64,000 nucleotides of DNA from Heterodontus francisci (lineage: Eukaryota). Below are positions 1-10,199 of this stretch, in pieces; within the stretch, counting starts at the first letter, position 1; every line of letters starts with the position of its first letter. The stretch is from positions 13,515,558-13,579,557 of the forward strand of contig NC_090399.1 of assembly GCF_036365525.1 (NCBI RefSeq), read 5' to 3'. Position numbers and translations under genes: made by a program. The notes beneath the pieces are model-generated. The model did not search any database and was not told the DNA's origin. It saw nothing but the letters and a program-made list of their open reading frames with translations.

Positions 1-42
1 GGGCGGAATCCGAGTGTGAAATATATCAAAGTGAACAAAAAA

Positions 43-58
43 GGCTCTTTTCAGAGCC
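43..58 (+). terminator. Histone mRNA 3' stem-loop of a histone gene ending at or before the window start
   Basis: GGCTCTTTTCAGAGCC followed by ACCA and a purine-rich AAAAAGAGAA histone downstream element (~71-80). Confidence 0.9.
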
Positions 59-499
59 ACCACCACCTTCAAAAAGAGAAATCAATATAAATAAACTTTA
101 GTGCTGTTGCAAAAGGGGACAAATATTATTATTGGCTGAAATGCTACTTTAGAGTCACCGCACCCTTAAAATGATGCACTAAATGTCAGCTTCAGAATAA
201 TTGTTGCTTCAGTTCCAACTTTATTGATTGACATTTTGAAGATTAACTCGAGAATTTTGACAGCAAAGCATCTTCACCCTTGAGCATTTTGGACCTTTGG
301 AACAGGCTGCCGGCATCGAGAAACGGTCTGCATGTTGAAATTAGTCAGAGAATGAAATAATGGCAAAAATAGTCCGCAGTTATTGAAGTTGTCTGCAGCT
401 ATGAGTTGGAATTTCGTCGGAGTTCATGCTCCCCATAAATGCATCCTGCCCCCTTCTTTTACCTCACTCTCACTTTTACTGCGGCGAGTAACTCATCTC

Positions 500-770
500 G
501 TCAAAGCCTGTCCACCATCTACAAGGCACGAGTCAGGAGTGTGATGGAATACCCTCCATAGTCTGGATGGGTGCAGTTCCAACAACACTCAAGAAGCTCG
601 ACACCATCCAGGAGAAAGCAGCCCATATGATCGGTACCCCCTCCACCACCTTCAACTTTCACTCTCTCCAGTGTGTATCACCCACAAGATGCACTGCAGC
701 AACTCGTCAAGATTTCGATGGGCATTAGGGATGGGCAATAAATACTGACCGTCAGTGATACCCAGATCTT
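500..770 (+). mobile_element. Decayed 3' fragment of a CR1/L2-group LINE
   Basis: Encodes YKARVRSVMEY..LDTIQEKAA-like residues and has the GGGATGGGCAATAAAT tail shared with copies at ~5600, ~7150 and ~63700. Confidence 0.65.
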
Positions 771-1298
771 GAGAACTTTATTTCAAAGGCCAAAGTAGCT
801 GCGGTTCAATATTTGTGTGGTATGTAATGACGGCTTTTAGTAAATAGCTATTACTACAATGGCATTTCTGAGAGCGAGGATAGAAAATGACCTGGATTTT
901 ACTCTTCGGCAATCTCCTTCGCCGTTTCTGGGACCAGTCTAACTTGATTATGTAGGGGAGCTCCGGGATCTTTGTGGCTCGAATGAATTCACTTTGCATT
1001 AGCTTACGGCCTGAAGGCATGTCACATGAGGGAATGAGATTTAATAATTAAACGAAATATAACTTTGCTGCGGGATTTTGATCCCGTGGCAGCGGCTCCT
1101 GACAACTAAAAAATTAAGTGGTATCTTACCGTGATTTGTGCAGACTGAACATGGGGTACATTAAGGATTAGTCAATTGGAATTGATGATTTGGTATCCTT
1201 CATTAGCATAAAACTGAGTACATCAGGGCGGAGCTGGGGGTGTCATTTTTTTTTTAATGAACTCGTCAACGTTCAAGGGGAATTTGAAGAGTTTTGCA

Positions 1299-1706
1299 AT
1301 GCCGACCGCTGCTGTTTCCACCAGTGCCACGACCGCCGGCGCCAAAGGCGCCGTTTCCAAGAAAGGGTCCAAGAAAACGGCGATGAAAATGTCCAGGAAG
1401 GGCGACAAGAAGCACCGGAGGAGCCGGAAGGAGAGCTACAGCATCTACATCTACAAGGTGCTGAAGCAGGTCCACCCCGACACGGGCATCTCCTCCAAGG
1501 CCATGAGTGTCATCAACTCCTTCGTCAACGACATCTTCGAGCGCATATCCTGCGAGGCTTCCCGCCTGGTCCATTACACCAGGCGCCAGACCATCTCCTC
1601 CAGGGAGATCCAGAGCGCCGTCCGCCTCCTGCTGCCGGGGGAACTGGCCAAGCACGCCGTCTCCGAGGGCACAAAGGCGGTCACCAAATACACCAGCTCC
1701 AAGTAG
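1299..1706 (+). CDS. H2B: Histone H2B, divergent variant (135 aa from ATG 1299; an upstream in-frame ATG lies at 1257)
   Basis: Histone fold [26 protein letters not shown]...[26 protein letters not shown]. Intronless, GC3-rich, with a stem-loop at 1756-1771. Confidence 0.95.
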   Translation: MPTAAVSTSATTAGAKGAVSKKGSKKTAMKMSRKGDKKHRRSRKESYSIYIYKVLKQVHPDTGISSKAMSVINSFVNDIFERISCEASRLVHYTRRQTISSREIQSAVRLLLPGELAKHAVSEGTKAVTKYTSSK

Positions 1707-1755
1707 AGCCCCAGAAAGAAACTTGCAATTACTTGACAGTAGAAAACCGTCCAAC

Positions 1756-1771
1756 GGCTCTTTTAAGAGCC
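1756..1771 (+). terminator. Histone 3' stem-loop (H2B)
   Basis: GGCTCTTTTAAGAGCC about 50 nt after the stop codon. Confidence 0.92.
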
Positions 1772-3102
1772 ACTTAACAAGGTCTGAACGTGGGGCTATT
1801 AATCGTGTCTAACTTAGCAAAATACGACAATGTCAGATTCCTGAGTTAACTCAATAGTTAAGCATGAATCCACCATCTACCTGCAGCCGATAACTAGCTG
1901 GGGACTTTTGCCCATAGATGTAGATGATCCACTGTATCGCTTCTTGCAAGACAGTTTTTCGTTTCCTGGGTTTAATACTCTGCTGAGAGTGCTCTCCCTG
2001 TAGTCTAATGTAAGGTGGGTCCCAGTTTCAAATTAAATCATCAATGAGAGCCTCTTATCTCCGTTTGCAGTCGCTGATTTCAGCCAAATTAATCTTTCAA
2101 GGTCTAACCAAACTGCACCCGGTGTGCTCTCGTCATGAAATATGTTTCATATCACGCTTATTACTTCGACTCAAGATTGCATGAAGACATTAGGAAATGC
2201 ACAGGGGAATGGGACAAGTGACGCCCAATGAAGAACTCTCACTCCAACATGTCTTGAGAACAAGGATTTCAGTTGAAGAATTCACTCTGATATTGAAATC
2301 CAGGTATTCAGGGAAGATCTTTGTTGCCGGACCGCCAATATTGTAGGTGGGGGAAAAGTGGGGGGAAATATGAATCTAAGAATATTATCAAGCGACGCCG
2401 AGTTTAGATCCTAAAGATATTGTACGAGGAAGAGACGAACATGATGGGGAGGTAAGAGGTTATTGAGCGTGATTTGGAGCAAAGGATGAGAAGGCGAAAT
2501 TTTCCAAATTGGAAATCTGTACAACTTGCATTTACAAATAGCATTTGAAGTCAAAACACGTCCCAAGATATCCCACAGTGGAAGAGATGGAGAAACGCTC
2601 AAATTTTTGAGGAAAATTAAGAAGTTTAATGAAAAGTTGAGATTTCAGCAGGATTTTAAAGGGGGGAGAGAGAGAGAGCCCCTCTGGAAATATAGAATCG
2701 CTCTAAGGTGACATATACTTTGGTAAGAAGGCGGCTTAATTTTCTGGTGTGTTTTGTTTTCAGGTGTTTTAAGCTGAGCTGGAGGAGACCTTTGTGTGAA
2801 TTTGTTATAAGAACCAGACTTGAACAACTGTCCTGAATTAAAATGTCTGGAAAGGCTTCAGCTTGGTCCACGGTTTGTTAAAAAGGGATCTCCCGGTGTA
2901 AATGTGTTTGGTTTTTTGGGAAGATTTTAAGGGTTTGAGATGTCCCCCCAGGTCCTGGTCTTGGGGGCTGGGGGAGACCCTGGAGTTGTCTTTGACACTG
3001 CAGCGTCCGGCTCACCCGGTTAAATAGCGGCGGCTGCTGGAAACTCTTCATTTCCCGACAGAGAGAGAGAGAGAGAGAGGGAAAAGCTCCCGAAGCCCAG
3101 CC

Positions 3103-3636
3103 ATGAGCGACATCCTGCCGGCCAGGAAGAGGAAGGGCTCCAAGGCCCCGCAGCTGGCCAGGAGGAGAGGTACCACCGTGTGCGAGCGGATCCTGGAGGC
3201 GGTGGCGGCCAGCAAGCTGCGCCGCGGCCTCTCGCTGGCGGCTCTCAAGAAGATGCTGGCGTTCAGCGGCTTCGACGTGGCCGGGAACAAGTGGCGGCTC
3301 AAGCAGGCGCTCCGGAGCCTGGTGAATAAAGGCACGCTGGTGCAGAGCACGGGCAGCGGCGCCTCGGGCTCCTTCAAGCTCAGAAAGGGGCAGAAGGACG
3401 AGGCCGACCGGGTGGAGAAGAAGCCGAGGAGGGAGCACATCACCGCCTCCAGCAGGAAAAGGGCCGGGAAAGCGGCGGGCAAGAGACCCGCCGTCGCCAA
3501 GAAGCCCAAGAGGAGAATCGCGCCCAGGAGGATGAAGAAATCCGGCGCCGCCCGCAGCAGGAAGGGGGCGAGGGGGAGCCAGAAACCGAGAAGCCCCAAG
3601 GGGAGGAAGGCGGCCAGGATCCCCGGGAAAGGCTAA
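3103..3636 (+). CDS. H1: Linker histone H1-like / protamine-like (PL-type) protein, 177 aa, Arg-enriched
   Basis: Winged-helix signature [48 protein letters not shown] and a K/R-rich tail. TTAAATA TATA-like box at 3020-3026, stem-loop at 3805-3820. Confidence 0.9.
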   Translation: MSDILPARKRKGSKAPQLARRRGTTVCERILEAVAASKLRRGLSLAALKKMLAFSGFDVAGNKWRLKQALRSLVNKGTLVQSTGSGASGSFKLRKGQKDEADRVEKKPRREHITASSRKRAGKAAGKRPAVAKKPKRRIAPRRMKKSGAARSRKGARGSQKPRSPKGRKAARIPGKG

Positions 3637-3804
3637 CGCCAGCGGGTAAAACCCAGGAAATTAGCCAAAGGCCCGGAGGAGGGCTGTAAAGCGGCTCGGG
3701 AGGAGATCTCCGTCTCGGAGAAAGAAAGCCAAGCTTGCTCGAAGCTGCAGCTCAGCACCTGAGTGGGAAACAAATCCTCATCAACCTCTTAAACATTAGA
3801 AAAA

Positions 3805-3820
3805 GGCTCTTTTCAGAGCC
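3805..3820 (+). terminator. Histone 3' stem-loop
   Basis: GGCTCTTTTCAGAGCC with an AAAGAG downstream element at ~3834-3839. Confidence 0.92.
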
Positions 3821-4894
3821 ACAAGGGATTCACAAAGAGCCAGATCGGTGTTTGTAAACAGGGTTGGAAAATTGCAATTGACTCCATAGCGCGTAACCAG
3901 AATTTTCCTAATTAAAAATAGGAACGGATTACAATATTGGAAATTATCAGAAATTCCAGAGTTTTTTTATTACTCCTGAGGTATGCTTTCCAGAAATCGC
4001 TTAGACGAATCAATATTGGTTTTATTTTTCGTTATTTAGCAGAGCTGTACAGGTTGTGCAAAAATGAAACCACGAGTTCTCAAACTGCCCGCCACTTTCA
4101 GCCGTCCTCCGACAGGTCCGCAACTTTGCGTCGGCTTGTTAATTTAGTATATTTATTTTAAATCTCATTCATTAGACTATCTTTTTTAAAGATTATAAAT
4201 TGTCGAAATTAAATCCAGTCCTGCAGCTTATGATTGTTACTGCAAAGATTGTGAAATGATACATTTATGAAGCCATGCTGTTCTGGTGATGCCTAGCTTC
4301 TGTTCCATATGTAGCACCGAATCACAGAATTGTTGCAGTGCAGAAGGAGGCCATTCGGCCCATCGTATCCGCACGGGCTCTCCGAAAGAGCAATTCACCT
4401 AATGCCATTCTCTCGCCTTCACCTTGTAACCCTGAACATTCTTCCTTTTCGGGTAACAGTCTAAATGCCTTTTGAAAGCCTTGATTTGAACCTACGTTTA
4501 AATGCTGTTAGCTATATTGAGGAAGGCGAATCGTTTTCATCACTTGAATGTGCAAGAAACAACAACAATAATTAGCTATTTCCGTCTCCAGTTTGTGCTT
4601 TCAATGCATTTTAATAGCTTATTCTAAGATTATCTTTGTCAAGACCAATTTGCATTTTTATGGGAAAAGGGGGTAGAATCGCAGAATACAAAACCCAAAA
4701 CGTAGACAAAAATTCCTTCAAAACTCTGCAGTCCAGTAGCATTGGAATTCAGTCATCATAAACCAAGCGACCCACTGATAAACTAAAGACATTTTAGAAT
4801 TTTGTAGTTAAAAAAAACCTGGGAAATCCCAGGGAATAGAATTTGGTCGCCAACAATTATTTTGTGATGGTTAGGAAATGACAAATAGGAATGA

Positions 4895-5670
4895 GTAGCC
4901 TGCATCCGGCCAACAGATCTGCAAATACTGAAGCAGTCTGTGTCCATATGCAGCAAGACCTGGACAACATTCAGGCTTGAGCTGATAAGTGGAAAGTTAC
5001 ATTTGCACCACAAATGTGCCAGGCAATGACCATCTCCAACAAGAGAGAATTCAACCATCTCCCCTTGATATTCAACGGCATCACCATTGCTGAATCCCCC
5101 ACTATCAACATCCTTGGGCTTACGATTGACCAGAAACTGAATTGGACCAACCATATAAATACTGTGGCTACAAGAGCAGATCAAGCTGGGAATTCTATAG
5201 TGAGTTACTCACCTCCTGACTCCCCAAAACCTGTCCACAAGGCCCAAGTCAGGTGTGCGTTTGAATACTCTCCTATTGTCTGAATGAATGCACTACAACA
5301 ACACTAGAGAAACTTGACACCAGCCAGGACAAAGCAGCTTGCTTGATTGGCACCTCATCCACCACCCTCAACATCCAATCCCTCCACCACCGATGCACAG
5401 TGGGTACCATATACAAGATGCACTGCACCAAGGCTCCTTAGACAGCACCTTTCAAACCCGCAACATCTACCACCTAGAACAAGGGCAGCAGATGCATGGG
5501 AACACCACCACCAGCAAGTGCCCTCCAAGTCACACAACTCACTCCCTAACAGCACTGTGGGTGTACCTACTCCAAATGGACTGCAGCGGTCCAAGAAGGC
5601 GGCTCCTCCTCAAGGGCAATAAATGCTGGCCTAGCCAGCGATGCCCACATCCCATGAAAGAAATTTAAAA
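4895..5670 (+). mobile_element. 3' fragment of a CR1/L2-group LINE (RT C-terminus and 3' UTR)
   Basis: ORF 5014-5283 (KCQAMTIS..ILGLTIDQKLNWTNHI) is a typical C-terminal RT segment, followed by the repeated AATAAATGCTGGCCTAGCCAGCGATGCCCACATCCCATG tail. Confidence 0.75.
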
Positions 5671-6649
5671 ATTGAGCATAATTCTTGAAAATGAAAGTCG
5701 CAGACTGTCCTTTTATTTTCAGAAGTACAGCCAGCGACCATGGCTGAAATTAATTAAGAATCAGGCTACTTCTTGGGGTGAAGGTTATGACATGGCCTAA
5801 GCTACACTGAAATGAAGATGATGTTTATTTCAATGAGAGGTTAACTCTCCACAAGAGCTGCCAAACCTGCTGAGTATTTCCAGTATTTTCTGTTTTTATT
5901 TCAGATTCCCAGAATTCCCAGTATTTTACTATGTGTTGTAGCTTACTTCCATTTGGAAATTCCTGTGCCTGGGATATACACTCTAGGAAATGCACAGATC
6001 TAACATAAGTGATCACAGTTCAAAGTTGCGGTCAGCAACCCTCTGACTATCATCATTTACTGGACATTGCCCGCTCAGACATCCAACCTCCTGAGTATTC
6101 ACAAGCCCCAGGTGGTTACAACTTGTCCCCTGCAGCAATCTGAACTGATATAGTGCCTTCCAGATCCTTGGGGCATCCCAAAGCCCCTAAAAGCCATGAA
6201 TTCTTCATCAATGACTGGAAGTCAGGCAATCTGCTTTTGCTTGTGTTGACTGAGTTGAGAAATGTTGGTCACCGAGGAACAGGAGGAGGCTATTCATCCC
6301 CTTGGCACCTGTTCCGCCATTCAATTAGATCATGGGTGATCTGTATCTCAAAACCATTTATCTGTCCATATTCCTTGATACTATTACAAAAGTGGTTGGT
6401 GCACTGTGAGAAAACTTTTCATCTTCAATTAGTGCCATCGAACTTGCAATATTCCTCCGAACTTAAGATTGCATCAGAAAGGCATGTGCATCATCCAGCA
6501 TTATAATGAGATGTTGTGCTGCAGTCAGCAGTGGGGCATCAGCCGACAATATTGCGGCTGAAAAGCGAAAAGTGCTGAGAATCAAAGGAACAGTTGCATA
6601 AAGGTTCGCAAGACAGAAAAAGACCAACAGCTCTATACTGGTGTTCCTG

Positions 6650-7040
6650 ATCCACAGGATCCTCCTCCCATCTTAACTTCAACTCACACTATCAGCATAT
6701 CCTCTTCCGCCCTCCTTCATGCACGTCTAGTTTCACCATAAATGCATTTAACTCAATTTCATTACAATCCTCAAACTACTCTTTGTGGTAGCAAGTGCCA
6801 CAATCTCTAAGTAAACAAGTTTCTCCTGAATTCCTTACATGTTAGTGACCATTTTATACTCATAGCCCCTAGTTTTGGACAAGTGAAAACACTATCTCTA
6901 TATCTACCCTTCACAATTTGAAAGACTTCTCGCAGATCACCTCTCAGCCTTCTCTTTTCAAGAGAAAGTAGCCACATCCCGTTCAGTCTTTCCCGGTAGC
7001 TATAATCTCTATAAATTGTTTTTTTTCCCACCTTCTCCAG
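6650..7040 (-). mobile_element. Decayed CR1 LINE 3' fragment
   Basis: ORF 6807-7064 (-) contains SLEKRRLRGDLREVFQI, the CR1 ORF2 C-terminal motif. Confidence 0.7.
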
Positions 7041-8045
7041 TACTTGTTTGGGGGTATATTTCATGCAGATGTGGATCTGTCCAAATCCTGGAACTCCACC
7101 ACAGGGACTGCAGCAATTCAGGAAGGCAGCTCACCACCACCTTCTCAAGGGCAGCTAGGCATAGACAATAAATGCTGGCCTAGCCAGAGATGCTTGCATC
7201 CAATGAATGAATTATAAGAAAACAACACCAGACGATACATTTTTTTCCACTGAGAACTGTACAATAGGAGTCAGTGGTACTAAACAAGAGGTGGTGAGGC
7301 TCCAAAAACCAATGGAAAGATGTGTGTCAGGAACTTGCAGGATTTGAGTTTGGGAGTTAGGCACTATTTTTGTGCATTTTTTAATTCTTTCATGGGATGT
7401 GGGCATCACTGGCAAGACCAACATTTGTTGCGCATCCTTAATTGCCCTTGACAACTGAATGGCTTGCTAGACCATTTCAGTGTGCAGTTAAGAGTCAACT
7501 GGAATCACTGGACAAATCATCCAGAAACCCAGACTAATGCTCTGGGGACATGGGGTCGAATCCGACCACAGCAGACGGTGAACTTTGAATGCAATTTTTA
7601 AAAATCTGAAATTATAAAAGAAGCTTGCCTAATGGTGACCATGAAATCATTGTAAGTTGCTGTAAAAACCCACCTGGTTCACTAATGTCCATCAGGGAGC
7701 GAAACCTGCCATCCTTACATGGCCTGGCCTACATGTGACTCCAGACTCACACCGATGTGGTTGACTCTTAAATGCCCTCTGAAATGGCCAAGCAAGCCAC
7801 TCCGTTCAAGAGCAATTAGGGATGGGCAACAGATGCCGGCCTTGCCAGCGACGCCCACATCCCACGAACGGATAAGAGATCAGACCAGGGTGGCAGATTT
7901 CCTTCCCTAATGGACATTAGTGAACCAGATGGGGGTTTTTTTAACGACAATCGGTGGTAACTTCATGGCAGCATTACTGGTTTTGAGATTTTCGTTAATC
8001 AATTGCATTTTAAATGCTGAATATTAGACTGGGTGGCTGTATTAC

Positions 8046-9180
8046 TGTAAATCTGAGTTCTTTTTGCCTTCAGTCTGGTTCAGTAAATATACCGAGTCGG
8101 ATGTGGAGGTAAAATCAATTACTTTATTTGCGCATTTAGCTGGCTGACTTACTCTAATACAACGCACCGCAGCCTCACAGCTCCAGGGACCCGGGTTCGA
8201 TTCCGGGTACTGCCTGTGTGGAGTTTGCAAGTTCTCCCTGTGTCTGCGTGGGTTTTCTCCGGGTGCTCCGGTTTCCTCCCACAAGCCAAAAGACTTGCAG
8301 GTTGATAGGTAAATTGGCCATTATAAATTGTCACTAGTATAGGTAGGTGGTAGGGAAATATAGAGACAGGTGGGGATGTTTGGTAGGAATATGGGATTAG
8401 TGTAGGGTTAGTATAAATGGGTGGTTGATGGTCGGCACAGACTCGGTGGGCCGAAGGGCCTGTTTCAGTGCTGCATCTCTAATCTAAAAAAAAAACGACA
8501 CTGACTCCACCCAGAGTCTGTCTGGTCCACCAGAGTAAGTGTTGTTCGTGATACAGATACTACTGTTTATACATTAAGATTCATGCTACACCCCCTTGTT
8601 TAACCAATCAGTGCAGTACAATTTAAATTTCAACCAGGTGATAACGTGGAGTACATTTGTTACTGAGGTTAACAATACCCTCTATTCTCAATGCATACTT
8701 GTTACTAACATAATATTGTTTTGCATCAGCAAGATAAAAGAAAACAGACAAGCAAGATAATTAGCAAAAGCAGAGGAGTGAGAAACAACATTCTGGTTTC
8801 GCTTCCCACAATTGTCATGAGTCCTGTGATCCTGTTATCTTTATCAAGTTGCAGCCTGCAGTAACACCAAGCAGTAGTCGTATCATATACGAGGGGCCCT
8901 ATATTCCTTATCATCACTCACACAGGGATGGACAGCATGTTTCACAGGAGTCCATTTGTTTCAAACCACAGGGAGTCACACAATCAGGCCATAAAAGAAC
9001 CGATGTCCTTGCAATTACCAGTGTCGGCTAGTCTTTACAATCTCACACTCACTGCCTTTACTTTTAACTATTTCATTGTGGTTTCTGCCACTTAAAATCA
9101 AAGCTTAGCAAAGCTACTATTCCTAACTTGGCTATATTTCCCATTAAGCATAGGGCCATGCCTTTCTGCTCACTTCCACA
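8046..9180 (-). repeat. 3' LTR of the ERV-like element (contains a SINE insertion)
   Basis: Matches 18360-19141 with about 8 substitutions and 2 indels by eye, and is preceded on the minus strand by a PPT. Confidence 0.9.
8165..8493 (+). mobile_element. HE1/V-SINE-type shark SINE, 5'-truncated, inserted in the 3' LTR
   Basis: B-box GGTTCGATTCC, V-core TGTGTGGAGTTTGCAAGTTCTCCC, CR1-derived tail and AACG TSD. Absent from the other LTR. Confidence 0.88.
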
Positions 9181-9192
9181 TTCCCCCCTTTT
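9181..9192 (-). other. Polypurine tract
   Basis: The minus strand reads AAAAGGGGGGAA immediately before the TGTGG start of the LTR. Confidence 0.85.
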
Positions 9193-10199
9193 ATCATTCT
9201 ATGATAACCTTCTCTCTACTGATCAACTTATATATGATTATATGCATATATATTCACTAGGATGATGTGGATTTATTTATTCAAATAATACTTAAACACT
9301 ACTATAGAATAAAAATGTTCAGCAACTGCTGAATCAGAAGGGTAGGCTGAGCCATCCTCTAACAAGGGGGCGTGTATTAGCCTGGTCGGTATGTTTTTCA
9401 TTCTAGCCTTTCCCTAGGATTGTCATGTCTGGGTGATAAGAAGAGTGCTGTTGAAGTACAATGTCTCTCTCTCTCTCTCTCGCTCTACCAGCTGCAAGGC
9501 CAAGTTGCCTCTGCAGCCCTGAAGTTATGAAGTCATTTCTGATAAGCTGTCCCTCCCTGCAGCACTGAAGCTAGCTTGTTAGCAATATATGATTGATTAA
9601 TTGTTTCATCTTAAATGTTCCCATGTAATTCTGTTCTTAAAAATTCTAAAATCTAAATTCTGTTCTCACAGTCCCCCCTTTTGATTCTTCAAAACATTTT
9701 TAAAAGTCAATCCCTTGATCCCATCTAGGTGCCTTTAATGGTCTCTATTTGTTTAGAAACAGCCTTCAATACCCGGAGGGGTTGCACTCAATATGTTGCC
9801 TGCTGGTGCCACAAGAGGGGCCTGCGGAAACTCTGTAAAGGCATAAGTTTTGCAGGGGCTTCAGCTACTTTCTTACAACATAAAAGGTGGTACACTTGTA
9901 CAATTACAATTTCATTTGCAAAGCAAAAGCATAAGCAGTGTAATATTGAAGAAAGCACAATTTAAACATCACTATTACATAATCAATCAATTGTGCGAAC
10001 ATAATACAGTCGCAATTTCATTCTTAGAGTATACTGATCATTCACTAATTCATTTTAACAATATATGAATAGGTTATACAATTACCCTTTTATGGCAGAA
10101 CTAATTGTCCCTCCTTAGACAGAGCAAGTTCGAACACTAATTGCTTTTTGGGTAGCTGTCCAACCTGTGTTCATACATCCTCTTACATCGCCTAATTAA

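Noticed and set aside
1-19. GGIRV* read as an extended H4 C-terminus (..FGG)
   Set aside because: The preceding base does not fit a Phe codon, and there is too little sequence to identify the upstream gene.
8726-8917. Hydrophobic 63-aa ORF repeated three times (also 18707 and 25499)
   Set aside because: It lies inside the LTR, starts at a non-ATG codon, and recurs only because the LTRs do.
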